Positions 28,147 to 37,591 of a stretch of 64,000 nt of DNA are shown here, in pieces; within the stretch, counting starts at the first letter, position 1; every line of letters starts with the position of its first letter. Under the pieces are notes generated by a model. It was not told where the DNA came from and ran no database searches. It was given only the letters and a program-made list of their open reading frames with translations. The position numbers were made by a program, and so were the translations under genes. The stretch is from Alphaproteobacteria bacterium (GTDB lineage Bacteria; Pseudomonadota; Alphaproteobacteria; Bin95): NCBI GenBank assembly GCA_964291285.2, contig OZ219785.1, positions 416,001 through 480,000 on the forward strand, given 5' to 3'.

Positions 28147-29019
28147 ATGCATCCCTCCCGCCCCCGCGAGCGGCGGGTGCGGGCCGAGAGCCTGCGGGGC
28201 TATCCCCTCGAACCCGTCGCCCGAGCCCTCGGCTACCGCAGCGATCCCGACAATGCCGTGCGCTGGAGACGGCCAGGATCGGTCCTCTCCATCAACCGCT
28301 TCATGTTCTACGACCATCTGCGCGCAGAGGAGGGAGCCGGGGCTATCGAACTGGCGGTCCATGCGCTCGGATGCACCCCGCCGGACGCCATCGACTTCCT
28401 CGCCGAACTGTCCGACCTCTCAATGCCCCCAGGCGGCCGCCGGCAGGCGCCGGCCAAGGACCCCCGCTGGCCCAACCTCCGGCGATACCTCGTCGAGCGG
28501 CGCGGCCTCGCGGACGCGCTCGTCACCCTGTGCCGCGACCTCGGCCTGGTCCATGCCGACCCTCACGGCAACCCCGTGTTCGTCCGCCGAAACGCCGCCG
28601 GCGAGGCTACCGGCATCGAAACCGTCACCGCTGACCGCAAAACGACCGCGGGCGGCGGCTTCTGGATGTCCTGGGAGACCGAATGGCCACACGCCGTCAT
28701 CCTGGACGGCAACGCCCTCGACGCACTCTCCATCCTCTCCCTCCACCTCGGCCCGGTAAAACGCACCGAATGCGCCACCGTCTCCACCGGCGCCGTCGCC
28801 ACCAAAGTCCCCAAATGGATCGAGGCATGGAACCCGCGCCTCATCTTCTGTGCATACGACGCCACCACAAACGGCGATCACGCCGCAAGGCGCCTCGCCC
28901 GCAACGACACCAGAATCGTCCGGCTGCGACCCGCACTCGACAACCGGGACTGGAACGACATGCTCATCCGCGACCGAGCCGGCGAACCAATCGAAACCGA
29001 TGACCAACAGATCAACTGA
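28147..29019 (+). CDS. DUF3991/Toprim primase-like passenger protein
   Basis: GAGAIELAVH, YLVERRGL, DALS, AYDATTNGD and DWNDML motifs, typical of plasmid Toprim proteins. Confidence 0.75.
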   Translation: MHPSRPRERRVRAESLRGYPLEPVARALGYRSDPDNAVRWRRPGSVLSINRFMFYDHLRAEEGAGAIELAVHALGCTPPDAIDFLAELSDLSMPPGGRRQAPAKDPRWPNLRRYLVERRGLADALVTLCRDLGLVHADPHGNPVFVRRNAAGEATGIETVTADRKTTAGGGFWMSWETEWPHAVILDGNALDALSILSLHLGPVKRTECATVSTGAVATKVPKWIEAWNPRLIFCAYDATTNGDHAARRLARNDTRIVRLRPALDNRDWNDMLIRDRAGEPIETDDQQIN

Positions 29020-29108
29020 AAAACCGCAACCGGCCGAAAAATGTCAGCGAATAGGCGCGCTCTGTAACCGTCGCTAACACGGCCATCAGCCCTCGCGCGC
29101 GATTCGTG

Positions 29109-30068
29109 TCAACCATGACAGCAACCATGACAGTTCCTTCCCTTTCGACCATGATCGGTTTGTTCTTTGCGAGCGTCCCGCGAGAAGGCCGCATGGACCA
29201 CCGCACCGTACAGCGCCAGCACCTGCCCGGCCAGCCTGCCGGCGTGGATGCGATATTCGACGCCAAGGCCCACGCCCGGCATTTCCCGCGCAGGTGCCCG
29301 TCCGAAACGCCGGATGAGCGACAGGACACGGTCCAGGGACGGCCGCCCTCCCACCAGCGCCGGTTCGACATAATGCGAGCGCACCAGCCGCCCCCAGTGG
29401 GCCGAGAGCAGGTGCGGCGCGCCGAACAGGTCCATCCCCGTCACCCGGCCGCCGTGGGCAACGACGATTCCGCACTGGCCCGGCAGCGGACCGCCTGCGA
29501 CGAGTTCCTCGACGGCTTCCGCGCGAGACGATTCCCGCCGGTATGCCCGCTTCAGGTCCGATGCCGCCACCGTGTTTGATACGACACCTTCCTCCTCCAG
29601 CATCGCATCGACTTCCTGCCAGACGCCGCCCTGGTCGCCCTCGCGCGAACCGTCCCGCCGCAGGGACCGGACGACACCCGCGTGCTGTGCCGCCCGAATG
29701 CGGGGCGGCGCAAACTCCTCGGCGCGCCGCCATGCCTGGCGGCGTCCCCAGCGTCCCTGCTCCACGCACGATACCGGGATTTCCACTTTCGACATGGCGG
29801 CCACCAGCACGGTGGCGTTGACCGCGCGGTTCTGCAGGCCGCCCAGAAAGTGCTCCCCCTCGACGACCAGCGCCGGCTTGTCAGTGGGATTGGTCGCCCG
29901 CAACGCTTCCACCGACGCGGTGTCGAGTTCGTCCACCAGCAGCCCGGAGGATTCGCCGGTGGCGATCGCCGGCAGCCGGTTGCCCGGCGCGTAGACCGGG
30001 AAGAACGATATGCCGAGCCGCGTGATCGGCGCGCCCACGGCGGCGGCGTCCAGGTTCAGGACTGTCAT
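29109..30068 (-). CDS. ARPP-1/DUF6569-like protein (alternative start 30080)
   Basis: N.TDKP.L.VEGE...GG.QNR.VN.TVLV...IPVSCVEQGRW motif; its stop overlaps the ADP-ribosylglycohydrolase start. Confidence 0.75.
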   Translation of the reverse strand: MTVLNLDAAAVGAPITRLGISFFPVYAPGNRLPAIATGESSGLLVDELDTASVEALRATNPTDKPALVVEGEHFLGGLQNRAVNATVLVAAMSKVEIPVSCVEQGRWGRRQAWRRAEEFAPPRIRAAQHAGVVRSLRRDGSREGDQGGVWQEVDAMLEEEGVVSNTVAASDLKRAYRRESSRAEAVEELVAGGPLPGQCGIVVAHGGRVTGMDLFGAPHLLSAHWGRLVRSHYVEPALVGGRPSLDRVLSLIRRFGRAPAREMPGVGLGVEYRIHAGRLAGQVLALYGAVVHAAFSRDARKEQTDHGRKGRNCHGCCHG

Positions 30069-30186
30069 GCATGTCTCCATCACAGGCTCGCCAGAACGAC
30101 GTAGAGGAGGAACGCTCCGGAGAGCGCAAAGGAAAGGAAGTTGAGAACGAGCACGATTTCATTCATCGAAGCCGGGCCACCGCTTT

Positions 30187-30238
30187 TAATTGTTGTTCAG
30201 ACAATATATGGTGCTTGATATTGTCAAATCAACAATTT
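30187..30238. promoter_or_regulatory. Two NrtR-type operator palindromes
   Basis: ATTGT-TGTTCAG-ACAAT and ATTGT-CAAATCA-ACAAT both fit the NrtR GT-N7-AC consensus and lie between divergent genes. Confidence 0.75.
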
Positions 30239-30249
30239 ATTTTGGAGAG

Positions 30250-31050
30250 ATGGTTTCCGAAGCTTCATCCCGATACGACGCAAGGTCATTCCCGCCGTTC
30301 GCTGTCACGGCGGACATCGCGTTGTTCACCGTCAGGGACGACGCGCTCCAGGTGCTGCTGATCGAGCGGGGCGGAGAGCCCTATTCCGGGGCCTGGGCCT
30401 TGCCCGGCGGCTTCGTGCGCCCGGACGAGGATCTGGAGGAAGCCGCCGCCCGGGAACTTGCGGAGGAGACCGGACTCATCGAAGGAGCCTGGCGCCTGGA
30501 GCAGCTGGCCGCCTACGGCGCCCCGGACCGGGACCCGCGCATGCGGGTCGTTACCGTCGCCTATTGGGCGGTTTGCGCCCGCCTGCCGGCCCCGCGCGGT
30601 GGCGGGGACGCTGCTGCGGCCCGTCTTGTGCCTGTGGAGCGCATCGAGAGCGGTGCCATCCGCCTCGCCTTCGACCATGAGCGGATTGTCAGGGATGCCC
30701 TGGGGCGGATTCGTTCCGGGCTGGAGCACACGGCGCTTGCCGCAGGGTTCTGTCCGCCGGAGTTTACGATCCGGCAACTCAGACGGGTTTATGAGGTCGT
30801 CTGGAACGCTTCGCTCGATCCCGGCAATTTCCAGCGCCATGTGCGCGAGAGCGGGGCCTTCGAGCAACGAGCCCCGCAGCCCCCGCCGAAGGCCGGGCAA
30901 GGCGCGCGGCCGGAGCGCGGCCGGCCCGCATCGCTGTGGGCGGCGAGACGGACGCAAACCGGGCGCCCGGCGATGGCGGCCCGAACGCTCGCGAGGCCGG
31001 GACATTCGTCGCAGGCCGGCGCTTCGCTTTCAGCCGGAACCCAACGATAA
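30250..31050 (+). CDS. nrtR: Nudix-related transcriptional regulator
   Basis: WALPGGFV...ARELAEETG Nudix box, RDPR, LAFDH, and wHTH FTIRQLRRVYE...NFQR...GRPASLW. Confidence 0.88.
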   Translation: MVSEASSRYDARSFPPFAVTADIALFTVRDDALQVLLIERGGEPYSGAWALPGGFVRPDEDLEEAAARELAEETGLIEGAWRLEQLAAYGAPDRDPRMRVVTVAYWAVCARLPAPRGGGDAAAARLVPVERIESGAIRLAFDHERIVRDALGRIRSGLEHTALAAGFCPPEFTIRQLRRVYEVVWNASLDPGNFQRHVRESGAFEQRAPQPPPKAGQGARPERGRPASLWAARRTQTGRPAMAARTLARPGHSSQAGASLSAGTQR

Positions 31051-31206
31051 GCGGTCCTGCCCCTTACCGGAAGCGACCCCGACAGAAGCGGCGCCGCTGC
31101 GGAGGCCGGCGCCGATGAGTGAGCGCTCTGGCTGGCCGAAAACGCCGGCGCTTCCGAAACAACCCGATCGAGCAGCATCGGCACGCCGCAGGGACAATAC
31201 TGCCGC

Positions 31207-31668
31207 TCAGCCCAACAGCGGCGTCCCGTTCTCCATCCATTTGCGGAACTGCCGTTCGATCTCCGGGGCGTGGTCGGCGCCGAACGTCTCCGCCAGCAGC
31301 GGCCCGAGTTCGTCCTCCCGGCCCTGCCGGACCATGTCGCGCAGCACCGTCATGAGCAGCAGCTCCACCGATTGCCGGAGCCGTTCGATGGAACTCCCGC
31401 CCGGGCCCGCCGCCGCCAGGGTGCTGTCCGCCATGCGCGCGACCCGGTCGAACAGAAGCCGCTGCTCCGCCCCGGACAGGACGAGCGAAGGACCGGACAA
31501 CGCCTCCGGGTCGAGCTCGACGCTCAGCCCGGCGGAAATCATGTGCCCGTTGATCGAAATGCCCCGCCGGTCCGCGATCTCCCGGCTTCGCTCCCAGTCC
31601 AGGTCGGAGCACGAGATGGTCAGCCGCACCCGCGCGCCGGAACCGCGCGCCGTCATCGATCCGCCCAT
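31207..31668 (-). CDS. Ribbon-helix-helix (MobC-like) protein
   Basis: RLTISCSDLDWERSREIADRRGISINGHM RHH pattern. Confidence 0.65.
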   Translation of the reverse strand: MGGSMTARGSGARVRLTISCSDLDWERSREIADRRGISINGHMISAGLSVELDPEALSGPSLVLSGAEQRLLFDRVARMADSTLAAAGPGGSSIERLRQSVELLLMTVLRDMVRQGREDELGPLLAETFGADHAPEIERQFRKWMENGTPLLG

Positions 31669-31982
31669 CCCGAAGGGCGCTCCCGAAGCGCGCGCTGGAT
31701 GAACGCGATCGCGCCGAACAGCGACAGGTCCGTGCCGGGAAGCGCCTCGTGCAAGGCACGATGGACGGCGTCCATCCGCGCCACCCGCTCATGCAATGTC
31801 CGCTGTTCCTCCTCCGAGAGCACGAGCCGGGGCTCCTCGCGGGGCGCCCCGCCCGCATCCTCGTGCAGCGCGCAGGCTATCAGGAAGCGCGAGACCGGCA
31901 TGCCCGCCGCCTCGGCCCTCTCCCTGATCGCCGCCTTTTCGACCACCGTGCAGCGCAGGGTGCGGCGAACCACCTTTGCCAT
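31653..31982 (-). CDS. Ribbon-helix-helix (MobC-like) protein
   Basis: RTLRCTVVEKAAIRERAEAAGMPVSRFL RHH pattern. Confidence 0.75.
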   Translation of the reverse strand: MAKVVRRTLRCTVVEKAAIRERAEAAGMPVSRFLIACALHEDAGGAPREEPRLVLSEEEQRTLHERVARMDAVHRALHEALPGTDLSLFGAIAFIQRALRERPSGWADR

Positions 31983-31989
31983 GACCGCC

Positions 31990-32373
31990 TCAGGGCTGCG
32001 GCGCGGGGCCGCCCTCCGGATCGGCGCTGACCGAGACCGCCTGCCAGCGCGCCGCCGCGCCGGGATCGGTCAGGCGGTCCAGGTCGCCCTCACGGGAGAG
32101 CCAGGCATCCACGGCATCGCCGAGAGCGGCCCAGCGGTCCCCCAGGTCGAGATCCACCATGCGCTCCTGCTCCACCTTCGCCAGCACCAGCAGTTCGCGC
32201 ACAGCGCGCCGCATGATGACGGCCGGCACGGCCTCCGCCATGATGGCCCGGTGAACGATGTAGCGCGAGATTTCCATGCCCGCCTCGTCGGCAAGCTCCC
32301 TGATGCGCGCCCACTCGTTCGCCGTCGCCATCACCGCATGCTGCGTGCGGCGGCCCCCCGGAGCCCGGCTCAT
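31990..32373 (-). CDS. Ribbon-helix-helix (MobC-like) protein
   Basis: HAVMATANEWARIRELADEAGMEISRYIV RHH pattern. Confidence 0.72.
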   Translation of the reverse strand: MSRAPGGRRTQHAVMATANEWARIRELADEAGMEISRYIVHRAIMAEAVPAVIMRRAVRELLVLAKVEQERMVDLDLGDRWAALGDAVDAWLSREGDLDRLTDPGAAARWQAVSVSADPEGGPAPQP

Positions 32374-32421
32374 GACGACGCCCCCGGACCTGCCGCAACC
32401 ATCAGAATTCCGTGCTTTACC

Positions 32422-32450
32422 GGCAATCTTGCCTGCGTTTCTCCTATATC
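32422..32450 (+). other. Candidate MOBF oriT nic site
   Basis: GGCAA-TC-TTGCC hairpin followed by TGCGTTTCTCCT/ATAT, similar to the R388 nic TGCGTATTGTCT/ATAG; adjacent to the RHH genes. Confidence 0.4.
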
Positions 32451-32720
32451 AACTATCATATTTATCCTCTCACAGGTCGATTTGGTGCATCACCACGATG
32501 GTCGTGACTTCCTTCTTACCAGAAGCGCATTCATGCATCAGGCTACCCTCAATGCCCCCCGGAAACAATGCGTTGTCACTGTTTTACTTCCCCCAGTGCC
32601 ACTATCGCGTTCAGGACCTTCCTGTAGGTCAGTCGGATTTCGTGCCAATGCCTCTTGCCATGCCCGGAAATATCCTGTATTCAGGCCTCCTTCATGGGAG
32701 GAATGCGACCCTCTGTCAGA

Positions 32721-33074
32721 TAGTGCCCTAACTCGAAAAATCACGTTCGAGATTTACACCCCTGAACGGCTCAGACGGTGAAAACGCCGCCATACCGTAT
32801 TCCAGTGCCCGAACCGCTCCGGCAGCGCCCGCCAGGTGATGTTGTGAACCGCAAAGAAGTGCAGCGCCTCCAGAAACAGACGGTCGTCCTTCGCCTTCGC
32901 ACCCCGCCTCGGAAGGCAAAGCCGGAAAACCTCCAGCGCAACCTCCCAGTCTCCATTCGTCATCTTCGTCGACATCAACGAAACCCCCGAATCGCCGACG
33001 CCTCATGATTCAGACAAATCCTCGCACGGGAATCCCTGAACACGCTCCTGAGTCAATACGTCCACAGGGCCTAG
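32721..33074 (-). pseudogene. Truncated IS5-family (DUF4096) transposase/IS remnant
   Basis: ORF 32754-32978 ...DDRLFLEAL...WRALPERFGHWNTVWRRFHRL stops prematurely; CTAG at 33071-33074. Confidence 0.75.
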
Positions 33075-33166
33075 CACCACAATCCGAACAGCCGCGACTG
33101 CCGCCGGGAGGCGGGGTCTGTTTTGCTGTCCTTGTCCCCGGCGGTCCGGGCGGGAAGGACAGGACC

Positions 33167-34372
33167 ATGACGACAATCGCAGAGCCGCAGGCGGAAAATG
33201 CGGCGCACGATCCCTACGGGGCGCTGATGGAAATTACCCGGCGGCCCCCGATCGCCTTCACCCACGGGCGCGGCGGGCTGCTCTGGGACAGCGAGGGCAA
33301 CCGCTATCTGGATTTCATCCAGGGCTGGGCGGTGAACTGCCTCGGGCACAGCCCGCCGGCCGTCGCCCGCGCGCTGGCCGAACAGTCCGCCAGGCTGCTG
33401 AACTGCAGCCCCGCCTATTACAACGAGCCGATGATGCGCTACGCGGACGCGCTGACGGCCGCTGCGGGCCTGGAGCGGGTGTTCTTCGCCAACAGCGGCG
33501 CGGAGGCCAATGAGGGGGCCATCAAGCTCGCGCGGAAATGGGGCGCCAAGCACCGGGGCGGCGCCTGGGAGATCGTCACCACCGTCGGCGGCTTCCACGG
33601 CCGGACCCTCGCCACCATGTCCGCGTCGGGCAAGGCGGCCTGGGACGGGCTGTTCGAACCCAGGGTGGCCGGGTTCCCGAAAGTGCCGTTGAACGACATC
33701 GGGGCCGTCGAAGCCGCGATTACGGACAGGACCGTGGCCGTCATGCTGGAGCCGATCCAGGGCGAGTCGGGCGTCCGGCCCGCCGGCGACGGTTATCTGA
33801 GGGCCCTGCGCGCCCTGGCCGACCGGCGGGGCATCCTGCTGATCCTCGACGAGATCCAGACCGGCATGGGGCGGACCGGCGCCCTGTTCTGCTTCGAGCA
33901 TGCCGGCGTCCGCCCGGACATCATGACCCTCGGCAAGGGGATCGGCGCCGGAACCCCGCTGGCGGCGCTGCTCGCACGGGAAGAGGTCTGCTGTTTCGAG
34001 CCCGGCGACCAGGGCGGCACCTATAACGGCAACGCGCTGATGGCCGCCGTCGGCCATGCGGTGCTCGAAGAGCTCACTGCCGAAGGCTTCCTCGAGCGCG
34101 TGTGCGAGGCGGGGGCGGTGCTGCGGCGCGGCCTGGAGAGCCTGAGCGGGAAATACGGCCTCGGCGGCGTGCGCGGCCGGGGGCTGCTCCTCGCCCTCGA
34201 CCTGAAGCCGCGGACGGACGGATTCGCGCTGGTGGAGAAGGCGCTGGCGGCGGGACTGCTGCTCAATGCCCCTGCCCCCGACGCGCTCCGCTTCGTGCCG
34301 GCGCTCAACGTCACCGACGAGGAGATCGCGGAGATGCTCGATCTGCTGGACGGGCTGCTGAAGCGCCCATAG
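33167..34372 (+). CDS. argD: Acetylornithine aminotransferase (class III PLP)
   Basis: [42 protein letters not shown] and TLGKG. Confidence 0.88.
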   Translation: MTTIAEPQAENAAHDPYGALMEITRRPPIAFTHGRGGLLWDSEGNRYLDFIQGWAVNCLGHSPPAVARALAEQSARLLNCSPAYYNEPMMRYADALTAAAGLERVFFANSGAEANEGAIKLARKWGAKHRGGAWEIVTTVGGFHGRTLATMSASGKAAWDGLFEPRVAGFPKVPLNDIGAVEAAITDRTVAVMLEPIQGESGVRPAGDGYLRALRALADRRGILLILDEIQTGMGRTGALFCFEHAGVRPDIMTLGKGIGAGTPLAALLAREEVCCFEPGDQGGTYNGNALMAAVGHAVLEELTAEGFLERVCEAGAVLRRGLESLSGKYGLGGVRGRGLLLALDLKPRTDGFALVEKALAAGLLLNAPAPDALRFVPALNVTDEEIAEMLDLLDGLLKRP

Positions 34373-34475
34373 CCCGAGGCATGGCGCCGCGCCGGGGTCT
34401 GAGGCCTGCCTCGCCCCGGCTTCCCCTTCCGCGGATGCGAAAGTTCGAAGGGCAGGGCCGGCGGGGGAACGGGAC

Positions 34476-34730
34476 ATGGCCTTCGACCCGGTTATCGCCG
34501 ACGGCACGGTGGCGGCTCCGGCATGGCCGCCGACATCCCGGTGTTCGACGAGGCGGCGGTGAAACCCCGCCTGCCGACGGTGGAACACGGCCTGCCGGGC
34601 GGCGAGCGCAGGCCGGCGCAGAAGGCCGAGGCCATCGACGCCGCCATCGTCAAAGGCGAGGTCAGGCTGGAACGCGGCGAGAGCGCCAGCGCCGTTCCGG
34701 GAAGGGTCATCGGGGCCCGCTCGCGGCGTA
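34476..34730 (+). pseudogene. Internally deleted N-acyl-D-amino-acid deacylase-type amidohydrolase
   Basis: N-terminal MAFDPVIADGTV joined directly to C-terminal AADIPVFD...LPGGERR..QKAEAIDAAIVKGEV...PGRVI; the catalytic core is absent. Confidence 0.6.
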
Positions 34731-34997
34731 ACGGCGGCCTCCCGTCCGGCTTCCGCCGCCGGCGAATGCCGCACGCCGCCGCGACACGGTATTTTCGCCG
34801 ACGGCATGCCCGCTTGCGCGGCGCCTCGATGTCCCGGTTCCAATCCCGGACCGGCGGGAATTGGCGGCCGAAAATTATAGAAAGCATTTGAAAATAATAT
34901 CGCCGCAAGCGGCATGATTCCGCCTGAACGACATCGTTCTTTATTGAAAGTCCAGTCTGCCGTTCCCACCTCGGAATTATCGCTACAGGAGGCAAAA

Positions 34998-35252
34998 ATG
35001 CTGAGGAAGATTGCCGGAATTCTGACGGTAGTCGCAATGTTCGCGGCGTCCGCAGCACACGCTCACTCTGTCCACTATGCGATGGCGGCCACCGATGCGA
35101 CGCTCGCCGTTCAGCCGCTTCCGGGCAAGGTTTACACCGCGCTCGCGGGCGATACCGCCTTGGCGAAGGCCGAGGCGCTGGCACAATGCCGCGATGCGGG
35201 CCACGACAGCTGCACTGTCGTCGGAAGCGGCGTGCTCCTGCACCGCCACTAA
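34998..35252 (+). CDS. Small secreted protein (DUF4189-like)
   Basis: AGGAGG RBS, signal peptide ending AHA, A...AL..C.....C pattern. Confidence 0.75.
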   Translation: MLRKIAGILTVVAMFAASAAHAHSVHYAMAATDATLAVQPLPGKVYTALAGDTALAKAEALAQCRDAGHDSCTVVGSGVLLHRH

Positions 35253-35375
35253 TCCGCAGACCCCGCGGAAGAGGCCCGTCCTCCTCGGGCCGAGAAGGCT
35301 CTCCCCAGGCCCCTTCGACTGCCGCCGCCTCCACCTCCCGGGGCGGCGGCCCCTTTTTCGGTTTCGTCGAACGGC

Positions 35376-35500
35376 CTAATGCCCGTCCCCCTCGGCGATA
35401 TCCGTCTTCAGCGCCCGTTTCACCCCCTCGCTGCGGCTGTGGATTGGGACGCACCCGCCGTCCGGCCCAGGGCGCTGCGCGGCGTTGCCACAATTGAGGC
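35376..35500 (-). pseudogene. Degenerate duplicate of the 3' end of the enoyl-CoA hydratase gene
   Basis: PIHSRSEGVKRALKTDIAEGDGH* versus PIHSRSAGVKRALKSDIADGG* at 36433. Confidence 0.75.
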
Positions 35501-35667
35501 GCATATGCCGGTTATCCTGGCCGTCCACCCGCCGGGAGGGGGAACGAATGCGCCAGGGCGACGGTATCGGAACGGGGAGTCCGGCGCGGCCGCCGGGGCC
35601 GGGGGCGTGGACCGACCGAAACCGGAAAAGAGCGCGCGCTCTCCGCGCTGGCGGGATGCCGGCCGCC

Positions 35668-36402
35668 GTGAAATGGATTGGCCTGGGAGCCATCGCTGCG
35701 GTCTGTGCGGTCGCAGTTCAGGGTTGTGCGACATACACAACGCCGGCCGCCGGCGCCAATTTGAAGGCGCTGGCCGACGAGGATATCGGGGCGCTGATGG
35801 AGGTCGAACCGGCCAGCCCGTTTCCGGCACGGGTCGCCGTTGTGAGAATCCAGGCCCCCGGCTACGCCTCCAGGACCAACATCGGTTATGGCGCGGGCAG
35901 ATACAGCGTCGTAACGGCAAGAGACATAGAAGACGAAGACCTGTTCGCCAGGATTTCCGCCTTGCCGATGGTCGCAGGAGTCGCGCCCCTGAGCAGGATC
36001 ATCCTGCCTCGAAATCCGGAATCGATAAAGGACCTCAGGATTTCCGCAGCACGCCTCAGGACGGATCTCGTCCTCATCTACTCTGTCGATACGGTGTTCC
36101 ATATCGAAGGCACGCCGCTCGGACCCTTGTCCCCGATCACGCTGGGACTGCTTCCCGACAAGAAGGCGTTCGTTTCGTCGACGACATCGGGTGCCATGGT
36201 CGATGTCCGCACCGGCTTCGTGTACGGCGTTTCCGAGGCCACGGAAAGGGAGGAACAGCTTGCCACGATCTGGAATACGCAGGACGTAATCGACGGGGCG
36301 AGACTCAGGTCCGAGACGGCGAGCTTCCGGAGTTTCGCCGGAGAGTTCGGGAAATTATGGAAGAATATCCTGGCGCAATACGCATCCGGGGAAACCAGCT
36401 GA
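35668..36402 (+). CDS. Putative lipoprotein
   Basis: Hydrophobic leader with lipobox-like VQGC; AT-richer codon usage. Confidence 0.72.
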   Translation: MKWIGLGAIAAVCAVAVQGCATYTTPAAGANLKALADEDIGALMEVEPASPFPARVAVVRIQAPGYASRTNIGYGAGRYSVVTARDIEDEDLFARISALPMVAGVAPLSRIILPRNPESIKDLRISAARLRTDLVLIYSVDTVFHIEGTPLGPLSPITLGLLPDKKAFVSSTTSGAMVDVRTGFVYGVSEATEREEQLATIWNTQDVIDGARLRSETASFRSFAGEFGKLWKNILAQYASGETS

Positions 36403-36432
36403 CATTTCCCTCGGACGCGCCGGGCTCAGGCC

Positions 36433-37233
36433 TTATCCGCCGTCTGCAATATCGCTCTTCAGCGCCCGTTTCACGCCCGCGCTGCGGCTGTGGATCGGCG
36501 CGAGCTGGCCGTTCAGGCGGAGGAGCTGGTTCAGCTGGTTGCCGAAATTGAGCGCACCGTGGAGCGCCATGTCCTCGGCGAGGCGGTAGGTCGTCTTGGT
36601 GCGCCGGACGGCCCAGGGCGCACGGTCGGTCAGCGTGCCGACGAAGTCCGCCACCGCCTCTGCCAGCCCGCCCGGCTCGGCCAGCCGGTTGACCAGGCCG
36701 AACTCGCGATACTGCTCGGCGGTGTAGAGGTCGCCGGTGATGGCGATCTCCAGCCCCCGCCGGCGCCCGATCTGTCGGGTCAGCAGCGCGATGTTCATGG
36801 CGGCGGGGAAGCCGTAGGCCATCTCCACATTGCCGAAGCGCGCGCCGCGTTCGGCCACCACGAAATCGCAGGCGAGCGACATCGCCTGCCCGCCGCCGAG
36901 CGCCATGCCGTGCACGGCGGCCACGGTCGGCTTCGGCGATTCGATCAGCAGCGAGAGCGCCTCCAGGAAGATGTCCACCGCCGCATCCACGGACATGTCC
37001 TGCAGGACGGCCGCCTGCTCGAACTCGGAGGCGTCGCGCCCGGAGGTGAAGCAGCCGCCCGCGCCCCGGACGACGATGGCGCGCACTTCGTCGTCGGCAT
37101 TGGCGCTGCGCACGGCCGCCACGAACGCCTCCAGCAGCGCGTCGTTCATCGCGTTCTTCTTCTCCGGCCGGTTCAGGGTCAGCACGGCGGCGCGGCCTTC
37201 CTGAGAGACGAGCACGAGCGGTCGGTCGGGCAT
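36433..37233 (-). CDS. Enoyl-CoA hydratase/isomerase family protein
   Basis: LNRPEKKNAMN, FTSGRD and KPTVAAVHGMALGGG. Confidence 0.9.
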   Translation of the reverse strand: MPDRPLVLVSQEGRAAVLTLNRPEKKNAMNDALLEAFVAAVRSANADDEVRAIVVRGAGGCFTSGRDASEFEQAAVLQDMSVDAAVDIFLEALSLLIESPKPTVAAVHGMALGGGQAMSLACDFVVAERGARFGNVEMAYGFPAAMNIALLTRQIGRRRGLEIAITGDLYTAEQYREFGLVNRLAEPGGLAEAVADFVGTLTDRAPWAVRRTKTTYRLAEDMALHGALNFGNQLNQLLRLNGQLAPIHSRSAGVKRALKSDIADGG

Positions 37234-37285
37234 GGGACAGGCTCCTCGGGTTCCGGGCGATTCCGGCGGGCGGCGGGGCGACGCT

Positions 37286-37591
37286 TCAACCCGGCGCGCG
37301 CAGCCGGTCGTCGGTATCGAGAGCAGGCAGACGGGCAATCTCCGCGCCGCTCTTCCGCTCCGCCAACCGCAATTCGTAGAGCTTCTGGAGGTTGAGCCAG
37401 AACTCTCCCGACGTGCCGAAGAAGCGCCCCAGACGCAGCGCCGTGTCGCCGGTGACAGCGCGGCGCCCGTTCAGGATTTCGGTAATGCGGTTCACCGGAA
37501 CCTCGATCCGCCGGGCCAGTTCGGCTGCACTCATGCCCAGAGCGTCGAGGTCCTCCCGCAAGGTTTCGCCCGGATGGATGGGGTCACGCAT
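37286..37591 (-). CDS. higA: HigA-family addiction-module antitoxin (orphan)
   Basis: PIHPGETLRE...ITEILNGRRAVTGDTALRLGRFFGTSGEFWLNLQ. Confidence 0.88.
   Translation of the reverse strand: MRDPIHPGETLREDLDALGMSAAELARRIEVPVNRITEILNGRRAVTGDTALRLGRFFGTSGEFWLNLQKLYELRLAERKSGAEIARLPALDTDDRLRAPG

Larger units (their letters stand above)
25022..29079 (+). mobile_element. IS21-family element with extra ORFs, copy 1 (4058 bp)
   Basis: TG...CA ends, imperfect IRs (TGTAGGTGACGG / TGTTAGCGACGG), 5-bp TSD CGGCC, istA+istB. Confidence 0.93.
24016..29128 (-). pseudogene. ADP-ribosylglycohydrolase gene split by IS21 (29128-29080 + 25021-24016)
   Basis: Removing the IS and one CGGCC restores MVAVMVDTNRARGLMAGIAVGNLLG... 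in frame (350 codons); motifs DDDD, GNGALMR and GGDTDT. Confidence 0.88.

Noticed and set aside
29111-29133. Short direct repeat AACCATGACAG at the ARH start as an IS target signal
   Set aside because: It lies ~30 bp from the insertion point and is absent at the second insertion site; it only provides alternative start codons.
32480-32720. AT-richer stretch as an ncRNA or gene
   Set aside because: No recognisable structure or protein motif.
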